From Psammoneis japonica (Eukaryota), in assembly GCA_008632985.1 (NCBI GenBank), contig QPGO01000171.1:1-64000 (forward strand): a stretch of DNA of 64,000 nucleotides, given 5' to 3'. How positions within the stretch are numbered: the stretch's first letter is position 1; each line of letters starts with the position of its first letter. This document shows, piece after piece, positions 23,063-35,500 of the stretch. The notes below the pieces were generated by a model that searched no databases, had not been told where the DNA came from, and was given only the letters and a program-made list of their open reading frames with translations. The translations under genes were made by a program, and so were the position numbers.

Positions 23063-26000
23063 GCAGACAGTCCATTGCGCTCCGCTCTCAACATTGACAG
23101 AGCTGATTCACATCAGGACCTCTTTACTTTTACTCCGACGCAACTGGATGCCCTTGTTCACAACAATGGCACCAATCAAATGCCCTTGCCACATGGTTAC
23201 AAAGCACAGATGGCTGCACTAATTGGCCTGTACATGGCAAAAGCGCACGGCAGCGCCGATGTTGGCAACAACCCTCAATTGTTCACACACGAGGAGTTCA
23301 CCGACTGTCATCTTAGTCCTGAGTGTGTGGCATCCCTCTCCATGGGCACAGCACCATCTGCTCCCACTCCTGGCTCGTTGCCACCCAAACCACATGACCC
23401 CATGCGTGACTTTAAATGAGGTGTCAAACGTGACCCACTTGCCTTCGCGCTTCTCAAGTCTGACAAACAGTGGCACATGTGGCACACCTCCATCGTTGCA
23501 CAGGCCCGCTCCCAGGACGTTGACCGCGTTCTCCATCTGAAGCACAAGCCCTCTGCAGCTGAGGACAAGGCCCTGTTCGATGAACAACAGAAGTGCATGT
23601 TCGCCGTGTTTGAACATGTCTTGCAGAATGACAAAGGCAAGGCACTTGTTCATGAACATGGCGGCTCCTCTGATGCTCAAGTGGTGTGTTGTGACCTGTC
23701 CAAGCATGCCCTTGCTTCTGCTCACACATCCCTGGAGTCCTTGACCCTTCTCACGTACCTCACCACTGCTCGCCTCGGTGATGGCACCTGGAAAGGATCC
23801 ACTCATGCCTTCATACTTCACTGGCAGGACCAGCTTTGCAAGCATGAAGCTCTCATCCCGGGCAAGGACCATTTCTCTGCTGGCCAGAAACGTGTCATGC
23901 TTGAGAACGCTGTTCACCCTGTCGAAGAACTCTGTTCAGCAAAGAATCAGGCTGATCAGTTCCGCACACAGAATGGCAAGGGCCTTTCTTGTGAGCAGCA
24001 CTTTGGACTCCTGCTTTCTTCAGCGGCACAGTGCGACAGCACATTTGCCCCCAAGATGGCTCCTCGCACTCTGTGCCATGCCATCTATGAACATGACCTG
24101 GTCCCCGACGACCCTGACAATGATGCACTCTTTGATGTCGACAGTGATGTTGACGTCATCCAAGTTCATGCTGTGCAAACTCGTGGCAACTCCCTCACCA
24201 GGGAACAATGGTGTCGCATTCCACCGGACCATCAGCACATTTGGGACACCTTGCCCCAGTCCACCAAGGCCATCATTCTTGGCTCCCACACCGCCCACTC
24301 CGGCAACTGCCATGACTTGATGGTGGTCAACCTACACGACCTCCACATTGGCAGCAATGGCAATGTCAACTTGTCCGCCAATGCTCACGATCTTGCATCG
24401 GCCTCCGCACAATTCGACGCTGCAGCCGATGCAGCCAATGCTGACCTCATTCTGGCTCACCTCACCAGGTGCAAGCCTCTGCCACCCAGCAACTTGCAAC
24501 GTCTCCTGGCAACTGAATGGCCTCCTTCCACCCGTTCTGGAGAGAAACCGCCCAGATCTGCACCTTCCGTCCACTCTGACACAAAGCCCAATGACACTGA
24601 CATCGAGATCAACGGTCATAAATGCCATCATGTCAACAACCACAGTGTCGTCTGCTCTGCCTTGACCAACAAATCGACTTGCAAAGGCACCCTCGTGGAG
24701 TGTGGTGCAAACAGTGGTGTCGCCGGTGATGATGTTTGTGTGTCATTGCTTGCACTGGTTGCCATGTTGACATCCAAGGCATCGACGATCACCAACTGGT
24801 CGACATTCCCATTGTCACTGCCGGTGGTGTCATCCACACACAATGTGGCCCCATCATCGCCATTCTTCACCAGTGCGCCTGCACTGGAAAGGGCAAGACC
24901 ATACATTCTTGCGGTCATTTTGAGTGGTGCAAACACAACGTCAAGGATCGGTCCATCAAGGTCCCCAATGGTCTGCAGCGCATCACCACCATTGATGGAT
25001 GCGTCATCCCCATTGACATCAAAGGCAGCCTTCTGTACATTGCCACATGCCCACACACTGATGCCGAATGGGACACCTTGCCACACATCATCCTCACTGG
25101 TGATGACATGTGGGACCCATCTGTCCTTGACCACCAGTTCACCGATGATGAGACGTGGTGTGATGCCACATCTGACCTCCAGGCCGACCCGACTGCCAAC
25201 CTCTTTGACGCATTCGGTGACTGTCACCACCATCATGTCACAACAATGCCTTGCTTGTGGACTCCGTCCTTGATGACCACCTGCTCCCAACGTCCTGTTT
25301 CTTCTGTGAATGCCATGAGCACGCAATCAATCCAAAAGATCCCGACTTTGAGTCTCTGTGCCCTTGTTTTGGCTTTCTTCTGAAGGACACTGTCTGCTGC
25401 ACTTTTGATTGCACGACGGAACACGCTTGCATGCCCACCAGCACGCACTTGAAAAAGGCACACAAGTCGCCCAACCCGGCTCTCAACGTCCACCGACACA
25501 ACAAACCCGTTGCCACCAACATGGTGTGCTCTGACACCCCCGCGGTTGACTCCGGCTGCACCAGCGCCCAGCTCTTCATTGGCATGGAACCCCTTGTCAC
25601 GGACGTGTACAGAACCAAGACCGACAAGGAATTTGTCAACATGCTTGAGGACAACATTTGCAATCGTGGTGCCCCGTCCAAGCTCATCAGCGACCGTGCT
25701 CAAGTTGAGATCAGCAACAAAGTTCTTGGCATCCTTCGTGCCCTCTTCATCTCTAGTTGGCAAAGCGAGCCTCACCAACAGCATCAGAATTTTGCTGAAT
25801 GTTGCTGCCAAACTGTGAAGACCATGGCCAACACCATCATGGATGGCTTCGGGTCTCCGGCTTACACCTGGCCACTCGCCCTGATGTGCGTGTGCTTCAT
25901 GCTCAACCACACGGTGTCTGCCATGCTCCACTGGTGCACTCCCACCAAAGTGCTGTCTTTCTCTGCTCCCGACATCAGCCCGCTCCTCCATTTTCAATGG

Positions 26001-28480
26001 TGGGAACCCATGTGCTGTCACCTGGAAGATTCCAACTGGCCATCCGAATCCCGTGAATTACGTGGTCGCTTTGTTGGCATTGCCGAACACGTTTGCCACC
26101 AAATGACATTCAAGATTCTTTCTGACAACACTCAGAAGATTCTCTGCCGTTCCAACGTGCGTTCTGCCCATGATCCGTCTGCCCCAAACCTGCATCTTGA
26201 TCCTCCTGACAACAGATCTGCTGAACCCATCATTAAATCCTGCCACGACTCCAAGGATTTGCCAGATTCACCAGATGGGGAGGCAATCAGGATGCCCAAA
26301 ATGCCCGTCTTTGACCCCGAGGATATCATCGGACGTACCTTCCTCATGAAGCCACAAGAGGATGGACAATGCCACAGAGCCTGCATCGTCAAAGCCGTTG
26401 AGGACCACAACTGGAAAATCGGAGACAATCCTGGACTAGTCAAGTTCATTGGCTCCATTGACAATGATGAATGCGAGGAAGTCCCACCCTGCAATGACAT
26501 CATGCACCACATCAAGCAGGAAGACGAGGACACCACCCTCTGGAAGTTCCGACGCATCGTGTCACACAAAGGACCATTGCGACCCTATGATCCCTCTTGG
26601 AAAGGCTCAAGCTACAACGTCATGCTTGAATGGGAGAATGGGGAGGTCACATCCGAACCCCTTGCCATCATTGCCAAGGATGATCCCGTCACCTGTGCCA
26701 TCTACACACGTGAGCATGGCCTCCTTGAAACCGAAGGATGGAGGCATTTTCACAAGATAGCCCTGCGTCAGAAGAAGCCATTCCACATGGCCAACCAAGC
26801 CAAGTTACGCTCCTTTCGCACTGCACCATGACACAAGCACGGACATGAAGTGCCATGGGACCACAAGCATGCCTTGGCCCTCGATGAGTGCAATGGCAAC
26901 CACAAGCGGGGAGACGCAACAGACCTCGAGATGACTCAGCTTGATGAGTACAAGGTCTTCCATGACTGCGGACATTACAAAGATTCCAGCACCCCATCGG
27001 GATGCAAGAAGGTCTGGGTGCATCTTGTCTGTGATCTCAAACATGAGGGACGACACAAAGCAAGGCTTGTTGCCGATGGACACCTCACAGACGTGCCCGT
27101 TGACAGTGTCTGTTCTGGAGTAGCGTTTCTTCACGGCCTGCAAATGATGATCTTCCTGCCGCAGCCAAACTCAACGAACTAGAGACTTGGGCCACTGACA
27201 TTGGGAATGCCTGTCTCGAAGCTACGACCAAGGAGAAACTGTACATTTTGCAGCAGGCCCCGAGTTTGGCAAGCTGGAAGGACACATCCTTGTCATCCAC
27301 AAGGCCTTGTGTGGACTCCGCAGCTCTGGCCTCAGATGGCATGAATGCTTTGCCAATTGCTTGCGTGCCGAAGGCTTCTTCCTGTGCAAAGCCGAACCCG
27401 ACATCTGGCTGCGCAGGAATGGTGACCACTATGAATGCGTGGCAGTGCATGTGGATGACCTGGCCTTCACCATGAAGGACCCCCAGGCTTTTGCAGACAC
27501 CCTCATGGAGAAATGCAAGTTCAAGCTCAAAGGCACTGGACCATTGGAGTTCCATCTTGGTTGCGATTTCACCCGCGATCCAGATGGCACCCTGTGACTT
27601 GCTCCCTGCAAGTAAATTGAGCACATGGTTGACAAATGCGCGCGCCTTTTTGGGGAGAAGCCCCGCTCTGATGTGCTTTCACCCCTTGACAAGGGAGACC
27701 ACCCTGAGCTTGACACTTCTGAATTACTCGAACCTGATGGCATCCACCAATTTCAATCCTTAATTGGTTCCCTGCAACAGGCTGTATCCCTTGGACACAT
27801 TGACATTACTGTGGTTGTCATGTCTCTGTCTAGCTTCCGTGCAGCGCCCTGCCAGGGCCACCTAGACCGTGCCAAACCTGTCTGCGGATTTCTCTCCAAG
27901 ATGCGTCATGGTGCCCTCTGAATGTGCACCGAGGAGCCCGACTGTTCAGACCTTCCTAAGCCCGTGTATGACTGGGCCCAGTCTGTGTGTGGGGAAGTAG
28001 AAGAGCTGCTCCTGCAAGATGCACCTGAGCCACTTGGCAAGTTCGTCACCACAACACACTGTGTCGATGCGAACTTGTTCCATTGCATGCTCACTGGACG
28101 CTCTGTCACCGGCATCCTCCATTTCCTCAACAAGTTTCCGGCTGATTGGTTCTCTAAGAAACAAGCTGCAGTCAAGACTGCCATGTATGGATCCGAGTTC
28201 ATTGCTGCAAGGACGTGCGTTGAGCAGATTATTGACCTGCGCATCACTTTGGGTTACCTTGGCATCCCCATTTGTGAAACATGTTACATGTTCGGGGACA
28301 ACAAGTCGGTTGTGGATAGTGCCACCATCCCGCACTCCAAGTTACACAAGCAACACACACCCCTCTCATTCCATCGTGTACGTGAGGCAATTGCCTCCGG
28401 TTTTCTTGAGTTTCATTTCATTGAAGGGTCCCGCAACCCGGCTGACATCCTCAGCAAGAATTGGGGTTACTCCCAAGTCT
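23063..28480 (+). pseudogene. Copia gag-pol (frameshifted, with nonsense codons)
   Basis: gag FK*GVKRD; protease LVECGANSGVAG; integrase VCSDTPA / ISDRAQ / SEPHQQHQN; chromodomain-like SSYNVMLEWENGEVTSEPL; RT HKARLVADGH, VHVDDL; RNase H VDAN, YGSEF, FGDN, ADILSK. Confidence 0.9.
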
Positions 28481-28583
28481 GGAATCTCCTTCATCCTCTA
28501 ATGTTTTGGAACTTCGATCCCAAGGCTTTCAACCAATCCAACTTCGAATCTATGGCTGTTGACCCCTCAAGCATGCTGGGGAG

Positions 28584-28828
28584 TGACAGGATTTGAACAA
28601 GATTTTAGTTTATCACACATGATTATGTGTGCTCTTAGTTCTGCATGCGTCGCGCGATGTAGTTTGCTTTCGAGCCACACGGCTCACAAGAATAGCAACA
28701 GCAGCACCGACATCATGACACCAGTGTTTCGGCTCCTGTGACGGTCTCTGCACAGAGACTCATCTGCCATTTAGACAGCAGTAAGGAGTCATTGTTTTCT
28801 TCCACCCAGTCATCTTCAATTTCTGTCA
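28584..28828 (+). repeat. 3' LTR of the Copia element
   Basis: Direct repeat of 10365-10613, preceded by a PPT. Confidence 0.92.
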
Positions 28829-30129
28829 TGTCCTGTGCCGTGCCTTCCACTCTCTCATTGACGGTGTGCAGTGCTGACCCATGCAGCACCCATGCCAGAC
28901 TGTGCACACCAATGTGGCATCAGGGCAGAAACAACCTCAAGCCCAAATGACAAAATTCACTTGCAATGGTGTGCACAAATCCTGTTGTCATTGTTGTTGA
29001 AAAACAAATGGCATTAAAGCACTGGAATGTTCTACAGAAACCAGAGAACAAAATGCTTTCAATGTGCTCCAGCTCTGGAGGTGGGTCCTTGCACACACCG
29101 TGCTGCTGAACTGTGATGTTGATGGTGGCATTTTGGATCATGCCACATGTCACGCACACACATTTCTGCATGACTTTTTTACATCCATGGTTGCAGATTT
29201 AGCAATCTGGCTGGGGTCATTGGATCATGTGGCTAGAGTCCACATTGTGTTGACTGTGGACTGCTGAGGAGGTGTTGTTTGAAGACTTTGTTTCTTTGTT
29301 AAGGTAATCGCAGAACCGTGTGCAAGATGACAAGACGATTCAACTTTCTGATTTTTTTTGTGCTGGGAACTTTGTGCATGCTAAATGCATCATCACTAAA
29401 AATCAGCGACATGATGATGGTGCATTGTCGTAATGACAGCAACAACAGCGACGTGTCCTCAACTGTTTGGGCATTATAGACATTTAGTTCATTAAGTTTA
29501 AGAATGCATTCAGTCATGAAAGTCCCCAGGAGAAGCCTCCGTTCAAAAGCAAAACGCCACACCAATGCCAAGCTCAATTTTTCGACCATTGTTTGATGCA
29601 TTTGATTATGGAACAATCAAGAGTTCATCCGGGGAACTTTCTTGATGCACACGTGTTCTTAAGAGCATCATTGACATGGTGATTAAGTGCCAATTGTGAA
29701 GTCTTTCTCTAGGAGCATCGCAAACGTGTCATCGTCATCGTCGGCATTGAATGGCAATTTGTCGCACAAATTGCAAAAATGGCATGACCATCGTCTTCCG
29801 AGATTGAGCTGCTGCATGCAACTCCTGCACACACACCTTAAACTTGTTGGAATTTTGCATCATTTTGTGGTGCAATTGTTGGGAAAATTTGAAAGTGTGG
29901 GTGTCATGCAATCAATGCAGTTATGAGAACAAGGGGTGGTGAACTTGCAAGCAAATGAGCCAACTTGCATGCACTGTTTGAATGGAATCCATGGCACTGG
30001 AAAGTGGCATCGATGGCATCTCCATAAAATGGGTTAACATTTGATCACCACAGGTGTGGTGGTTGATCAAATCAGCACTGTTTGGTGCCGGCATGGGGAC
30101 AGACTAGCTCCATCATCCCACACGGGGAT

Positions 30130-31330
30130 GCCTTGAGCTGATCTGGGGTGAGGAAATGCCAGGCTTGCAAAGGCAATGGTGGGTTGCCTTCACTGCCATT
30201 GTGTCCATTCTGGCATTAATGAAGTTGACAACTCTTCTGAATGTGGCTTCTGCCATTTGGCTGCCAGTCATGCCACTGTCAAATGGAGCAATGCTTTGGC
30301 TTCCTTGCCAAGCAGCCTGTCATGACATGATGTTATGAATGGAGTGAAATGGTGATGCTGCTGAAGACAGAGCTTGAGACACTTGCACTTTTTTCTTGTT
30401 CATGATTTGCAAGCAAGGACATCTCCACGGTCTCCATCTTTCAGCTTGTTGAGGTTGTTGGTGTCACCATCAGGGTTGATTGGGGGTTCGTTGCACATGT
30501 GGGAAGGCTTGGAGGACTTTGCCAATGGGTCACTTGGGTCATCCCGCACCTCATCTCATGTTGAGAGATAACTGGACCACCCTTCTCACACTGAAAGTCA
30601 TGGTTCATGGAAAATTTACATCCCTCACAATGCCCGGGAAGGTCAGGTGGAGCACTGCCATGCCACAAGCAGAGCACATCACAGAGCTCTTGGCATGAGA
30701 GTTGGGCACCATTCAGTGACAATGGGAGTGCTGACAGCTGTGCTCCATTTTTGGTGCTGTGATTGATGGCTCTGGCTTTTAGATTGGGTGGAATCCTGAA
30801 GATTGTCTTGAGTGTCTCCTTCTGCATTTTTGCTTTCCTCTTGGCCATTTCTTGCTTCACTTCATGTGTGGTGTCCTTGCAAACCCCTGAAGCCAAAGCA
30901 GTTGCTTTGGTTGTAAAGTGAGTTGATCACGTGGGAACAAGTGAAAGTGCTCACTTCACAGCTCTGCTTTGCAGCTGTTGGATGCGGGATGGACAGTCCT
31001 GCACAAAATTGATTGGGGGGGCAGATGGGGCCATGCATGGGTCATCATCAGCCAAGGTCTTGCCCGTTGGTGCTGGCAGATGTTGCCACATGATTGCACT
31101 CTCAATCTCAGTGAATGACTCACATTACAGTCTTCAACTGTGTGCTGAACACATTTGCACTGGTGTTGTGGGGACTTCTGCAGAGCGGGACAGGCAGTGT
31201 GGGCAGCGAATTGCCATTTTAGCAAGACCTTTGATGACCCAGGTCTGCCACTCAGTGTTTTCCACTGACCACTGGTCAGGGACTTCTGTCTTGCCAATGA
31301 AGCCTCCAAGGCAGGGGCCACCTGTGGTGA
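30130..31330 (-). pseudogene. 3' part of a CRE-like (restriction-like endonuclease) non-LTR retrotransposon
   Basis: TTGGPCLGGFIG (RT end); GAQLSALPLSLNGAQLSCQELCDVLCLWHG...CEGC...H..QCEKGG...QH zinc motif; GDRGDVL and KCLKLCLQQHHHFTPF (RLE domain). Confidence 0.8.
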
Positions 31331-31445
31331 CAAAAAAACCAATTTTAAGTGACATCACGCCTTTGCCCAGCAACACCAGTGCTGGCTAACCTGCACTTCC
31401 GGCACACCCTGCTGGGGGTGTGGCAGAAGCTCATGCAATTGACCG
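31331..31445 (-). mobile_element. Third copy of the T-tailed retroposon/LINE 3' terminus
   Basis: AAAAAAACCAATTTTAAGTGACATCACGCCTTTGCCCAGCAACACCAGTGCTGGCTAACC closely matches 14058-14117. Confidence 0.75.
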
Positions 31446-31463
31446 GATGTGTTTTTTTTCTTC

Positions 31464-32112
31464 TGCTCTTCCAGCCTGTGCAGTGACATGTGCTGAAGAC
31501 AGGTTGTGAGAGCACATTTTGTGTCTTCAGTCCCAAAACATCATGTGTTTGCCATCAGTTTGCAGCAGTCTTGTCCCCCCACTCCAGCGGACCGTAACAC
31601 ATTTTAACTGGTGCACAGAAGATTTCTACATGATTTCTGTGCATGTCACACAAATCACGCACCCCTGCCCGTCTTCCAGCCCATGTGGCAACACATGTTG
31701 AAAACAGGTTGTGAGAGCACAATTTGTCTCTTCAGTCCCAAAAAATCATGTGTTTGCCATCAGAGTTTGCAGCAGTCTTGTTTCTCACTCCTGCCACAAA
31801 CCATGCAGTGGTTTGCTGCAAGAAATCATGCATGCATTTGATTGCTGCCCCAGCCATCACAAGTGGTTTGTGGAATGCCAAAAATGACCTGACTCATTGG
31901 CCCTTGTTGCTCTTCTAGCCGGTGCAGTGACTGGTGCTGAAGACAGGTTGTGAGAGCACATTTTGTGTCTTCAGTCCCAAAACATCATGTGTTTGCCATC
32001 AGTTTGCAGCAGTCTTGTCCCCCCACTCCCGCAGACCGCAACACATTTTAACTGGTGCAAAGAAGATTTCTACGCAATTTCTGTGTATGTCATGCAAATC
32101 ACATGGCCCTGC
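31464..32112 (+). repeat. Three imperfect ~210-240-bp tandem units (A-B-A pattern)
   Basis: ACAGGTTGTGAGAGCACA..TTGT.TCTTCAGTCCCAAAA.ATCATGTGTTTGCCATCAG recurs at ~31499, 31705 and 31943. Confidence 0.85.
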
Positions 32113-32549
32113 CAGTACAAAATGTCTGCTCTCCACCCCAATGTGATGTCTGACGATGATTTCATTCTAAATTTGGGAAACTTGGTGTGAGGAGTTGACA
32201 CAGCACTTGTGGGGGCCCAGGACTCAAGTCAAAAGCTTGTCAAAAGGAGGTCCGTAAGATGACAGAACAAACAAATGGCCAAGCCCAGTGTTGAAGAATT
32301 ATGACAAAACTGTGAAAAGACAACAGCTTGATTCTGATGTGACAGTGACCAGATGCAAAAAATCAACACTGCTCATCGAATGGAGTGTGCTGTGTGACGA
32401 AACCCTGGCCAGTCACACGCTGCTTTGCACCTCCGACAAGAGCAGTGTGTGACATGGAGTTTGCCTTGGTTTGGAGGCAGGCCACCATGCACACTGTCAG
32501 AATTGCAGGCACGTTTGAAAAATCCACCGCAGCAGCAGTGGCAAGAAAG

Positions 32550-35500
32550 TAAATGGCAAAAATCCAAACAATGTCCCAATTGGCAAAGTTCCCGGGAAAG
32601 GTTTTGATCCACTGCACCTTGACTGAGCTCAGCCTCATGCTGACAGATTTGGCTCATTCCAACATCCCAGACTTTCCCACCTGCACATGTTCCTTAAAAA
32701 CAACTGATCTGTCAGTTAAAGCAGGACATTTTGTTGGGTTTGGTTTTGGTTTGACCAGATTATAACCGGTGGTTCCATGTCAAGACTGACTGGAGTAAAC
32801 ACGCGGTCGGGGCAGCCTTGCTCCAAGTTGACCCTGATGATCATTTGGCCAAGGAAGCTGAGTTTGCCAAAATGCAGGGCGGTCCATGCTTTTTCGATTT
32901 GCAGCAGTCAGGCATTCATTTGAGGCTGATTGTCTTTTTATCACGTGCCACCACCGCATTGGAAAAATCACACCACTCCCACACAGGTGAAATGTCAGTC
33001 AGCCGCTGGGCATTCCCCAAGTGGAAGAAGTTCTTGTTTGGCCAAGAGTTCACATGGCTGGCTGATTGTAATGGCATCCGCGAGTTCTTTGAGCGTGATG
33101 ATGTCCCAACTCATTTCCTTCAATGGCGGCGCATGGAATTGCTGCTGTTCACGTTCACAGCAGAGCATGGCCTAGAGGACATGATGACAGAATGTAACAT
33201 GTTGTCTCGGTGCAACACAGCCACCTCCAAATGGTGAAACAAATTGCAATCAACAGTCTTGTTAGCACTGCCTGGTTCTACAAGAGCTCACGACTCAACA
33301 AAGACTTGTGCCTTACCTTCTCTGCCTCTAATGGAAAGAGCAGGTCCAGCTCCTTCTGCATTTGCTTCACCTGTGGCACAAGCAGTGCCTGGAACTTGGT
33401 CTGTTGTGCACATCGGTTCTTGTGCAGCTCTGATTTCGGAAGCCTTTGTGGCGGCATTCTTAGATCCATCAAGTCCCATTGTGATTGACCCAGAAGTGTC
33501 TTCAAAAGCACACCCAGAGTTGAATCTGACCAATCAAGACCAGTTCTTTGACAGCATCCTGCATTCAGCTTCTGCAATCCAAGCCATTGATTGGTTTGTT
33601 GCAGTTTTTCCCATCAAGCACAAGGCACCAACATTGCAGACAGTGGACACTGATGTGTCAGTGTGGTGCAAGAAAATGTTGTCTTTTGCCAAGATTCTTT
33701 TTTCTCATGCCCATCTCTCCACAGCCATTTACTTTGTCCCAGCTTCTTCATTCAATCTGTACAAGCACATTTCACAGCTGGTCAAATGTCTGTCAGATTG
33801 GGCATTGCAACCTGCAATGGTTGCGAGTGCTGCTCACGGCAGAGCCATCATGACAGAGCATCATTCATTTGTGATTCTTGTGACTGTGTCAGCACACCTG
33901 CCTTTCAGCTGTTGCCAGTTTCGGCCAACGGTCCTGCTGCCATGAATTCATTCTTAGATCCAAGCCCCCCTGCTCACCTGCATCTAGACCTGCAAGAGTT
34001 CCAAGCATGCACACCTTCTCCAGCAGTGCATTCTCTTTCAGAAGACACTTTTTCTGCCAAGATTGGTCGTCTTCTCAAGTCTCAAGTTTCCTCTGAGGCA
34101 TTTGATGGTTGGCCAGCATTTCTAGCACTGGTCCCACACCATTTGTTTTACACCCTGGAGAAGAACAAGATGAGTTGAATGCATCATTTGCCACATGGAT
34201 TGAAGCTGCGGATGTGTGTTGCCCACTGCACATGTGTGAAGTGTTTGCTTTTTGCTCGGAATCGACCCGAACCACATGAGACTCCTCTGCTCCATCTCGA
34301 AGAAAGCACAATGACCCAACAGTTGCATGCTGTCCCAGGACCAGACGCTCTTTGGCACATCTTTGAGTCCCCAGCTCTGGCAGAGTGTCCATCACACCTC
34401 CCGAATGATGAACCAAGTCGACCCAAGATGGCAACAGCAACTGTTCTCCCTCCGCTCAAGCATTTCAAGCAATTCCTGTGTCTCTGGTGGGGGTCCCATT
34501 GATCATTTTTCCACTCTTCCTCTACCCACCAATCAAGAATGGAAGAATGCAATCCAAGCGGACCCAGATTTGCTGTTTTAGCAACACAAGCGCTTCACGA
34601 CAATGTGGTTCCGGCCAACATGTCTTCATCAAAAAGACGCACCATGGCATTCTACAGAACAACCAGTTGCAACTTGACTTGGGCATTCTGCATTGCTTTG
34701 AAAAATGCAAGACACTCTACTTTCATCAATTAAGAGTCAGGGTAGTTCCATTCAAGCTTTGCCAAACAATGCATTCTCTTTCAGAAGACACTTTTTCTGC
34801 AAAGATTGGTCGTCTTCTCAAGTCTCAAGTTTCCTCTGAGGCATTTGATGGTTGGCCAGCATTTCTAGCACTGGTCCCACACCATTTGTTTTGCACCCTG
34901 GAGAAGAACAAGAAGAGTTGAATGCATCATTTGCCACATGGATTGAAGCTGCGGATGTGTGTTGCCCACTGCACATGTGTGAAGTGTTTGCTTTTTGCTC
35001 GGAATTGACCCGAACCACATGAGACTCCTCTGCTCCATCTTGAAGAAAGCACAATGACCCAACAGTTGCATGCTGTCCCAGGAGCAGACGCTCTTTGGCA
35101 CATCTTTGAGTCCCCAGCTCTGGCAGAGTGTCCATCACACCTCCCGAATGATGAACCAAGTCAACCCAAGATGGCAACAGCAACTGTTCTCCCTCCGCTC
35201 AAGCATTTCAAGCAATTCCTGTGTCTCTGGTGGGGGTCCCATTGATCATTTTTCCACTCTTCCTCTACCCACCAATCAAGAATGGAAGAATGCAATCCAA
35301 GCGGACCCAGATTTGCTGTTTTAGCAACACAAGCGCTTCACGACAATGTGGTTCCGGCCAACATGTCTTCATCAAAAAGACGCACCATGGCATTCTACAG
35401 AACAACCAGTTGCAACTTGACTTGGGCATTCTGCATTGCTTTGAAAAATGCAAGACACTCTACTTTCATCAATTGAGAGTCAGGGTAGTTCCATTCAAGC

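Larger units (their letters stand above)
10365..28828 (+). mobile_element. Full-length degenerate Ty1/Copia (CoDi-like) LTR retrotransposon, split by a LINE insertion in gag
   Basis: 5' LTR 10365-10613 and 3' LTR 28584-28828 (TGACAG...CTGTCA); PPT GGGGAG 28578-28583; flanks TGTCA/TGTCC (4/5 TSD). gag starts MVLTRQQQIDGLEHILGTVLNQA at 11448 and resumes at ~23063; domain order PR-IN-RT-RH. Confidence 0.92.

Noticed and set aside
31464..32112. CRISPR-like array (also considered for 55070-55485)
   Set aside because: Units are long or irregular, with no constant repeat plus unique spacer pattern, no cas genes and a eukaryotic context.
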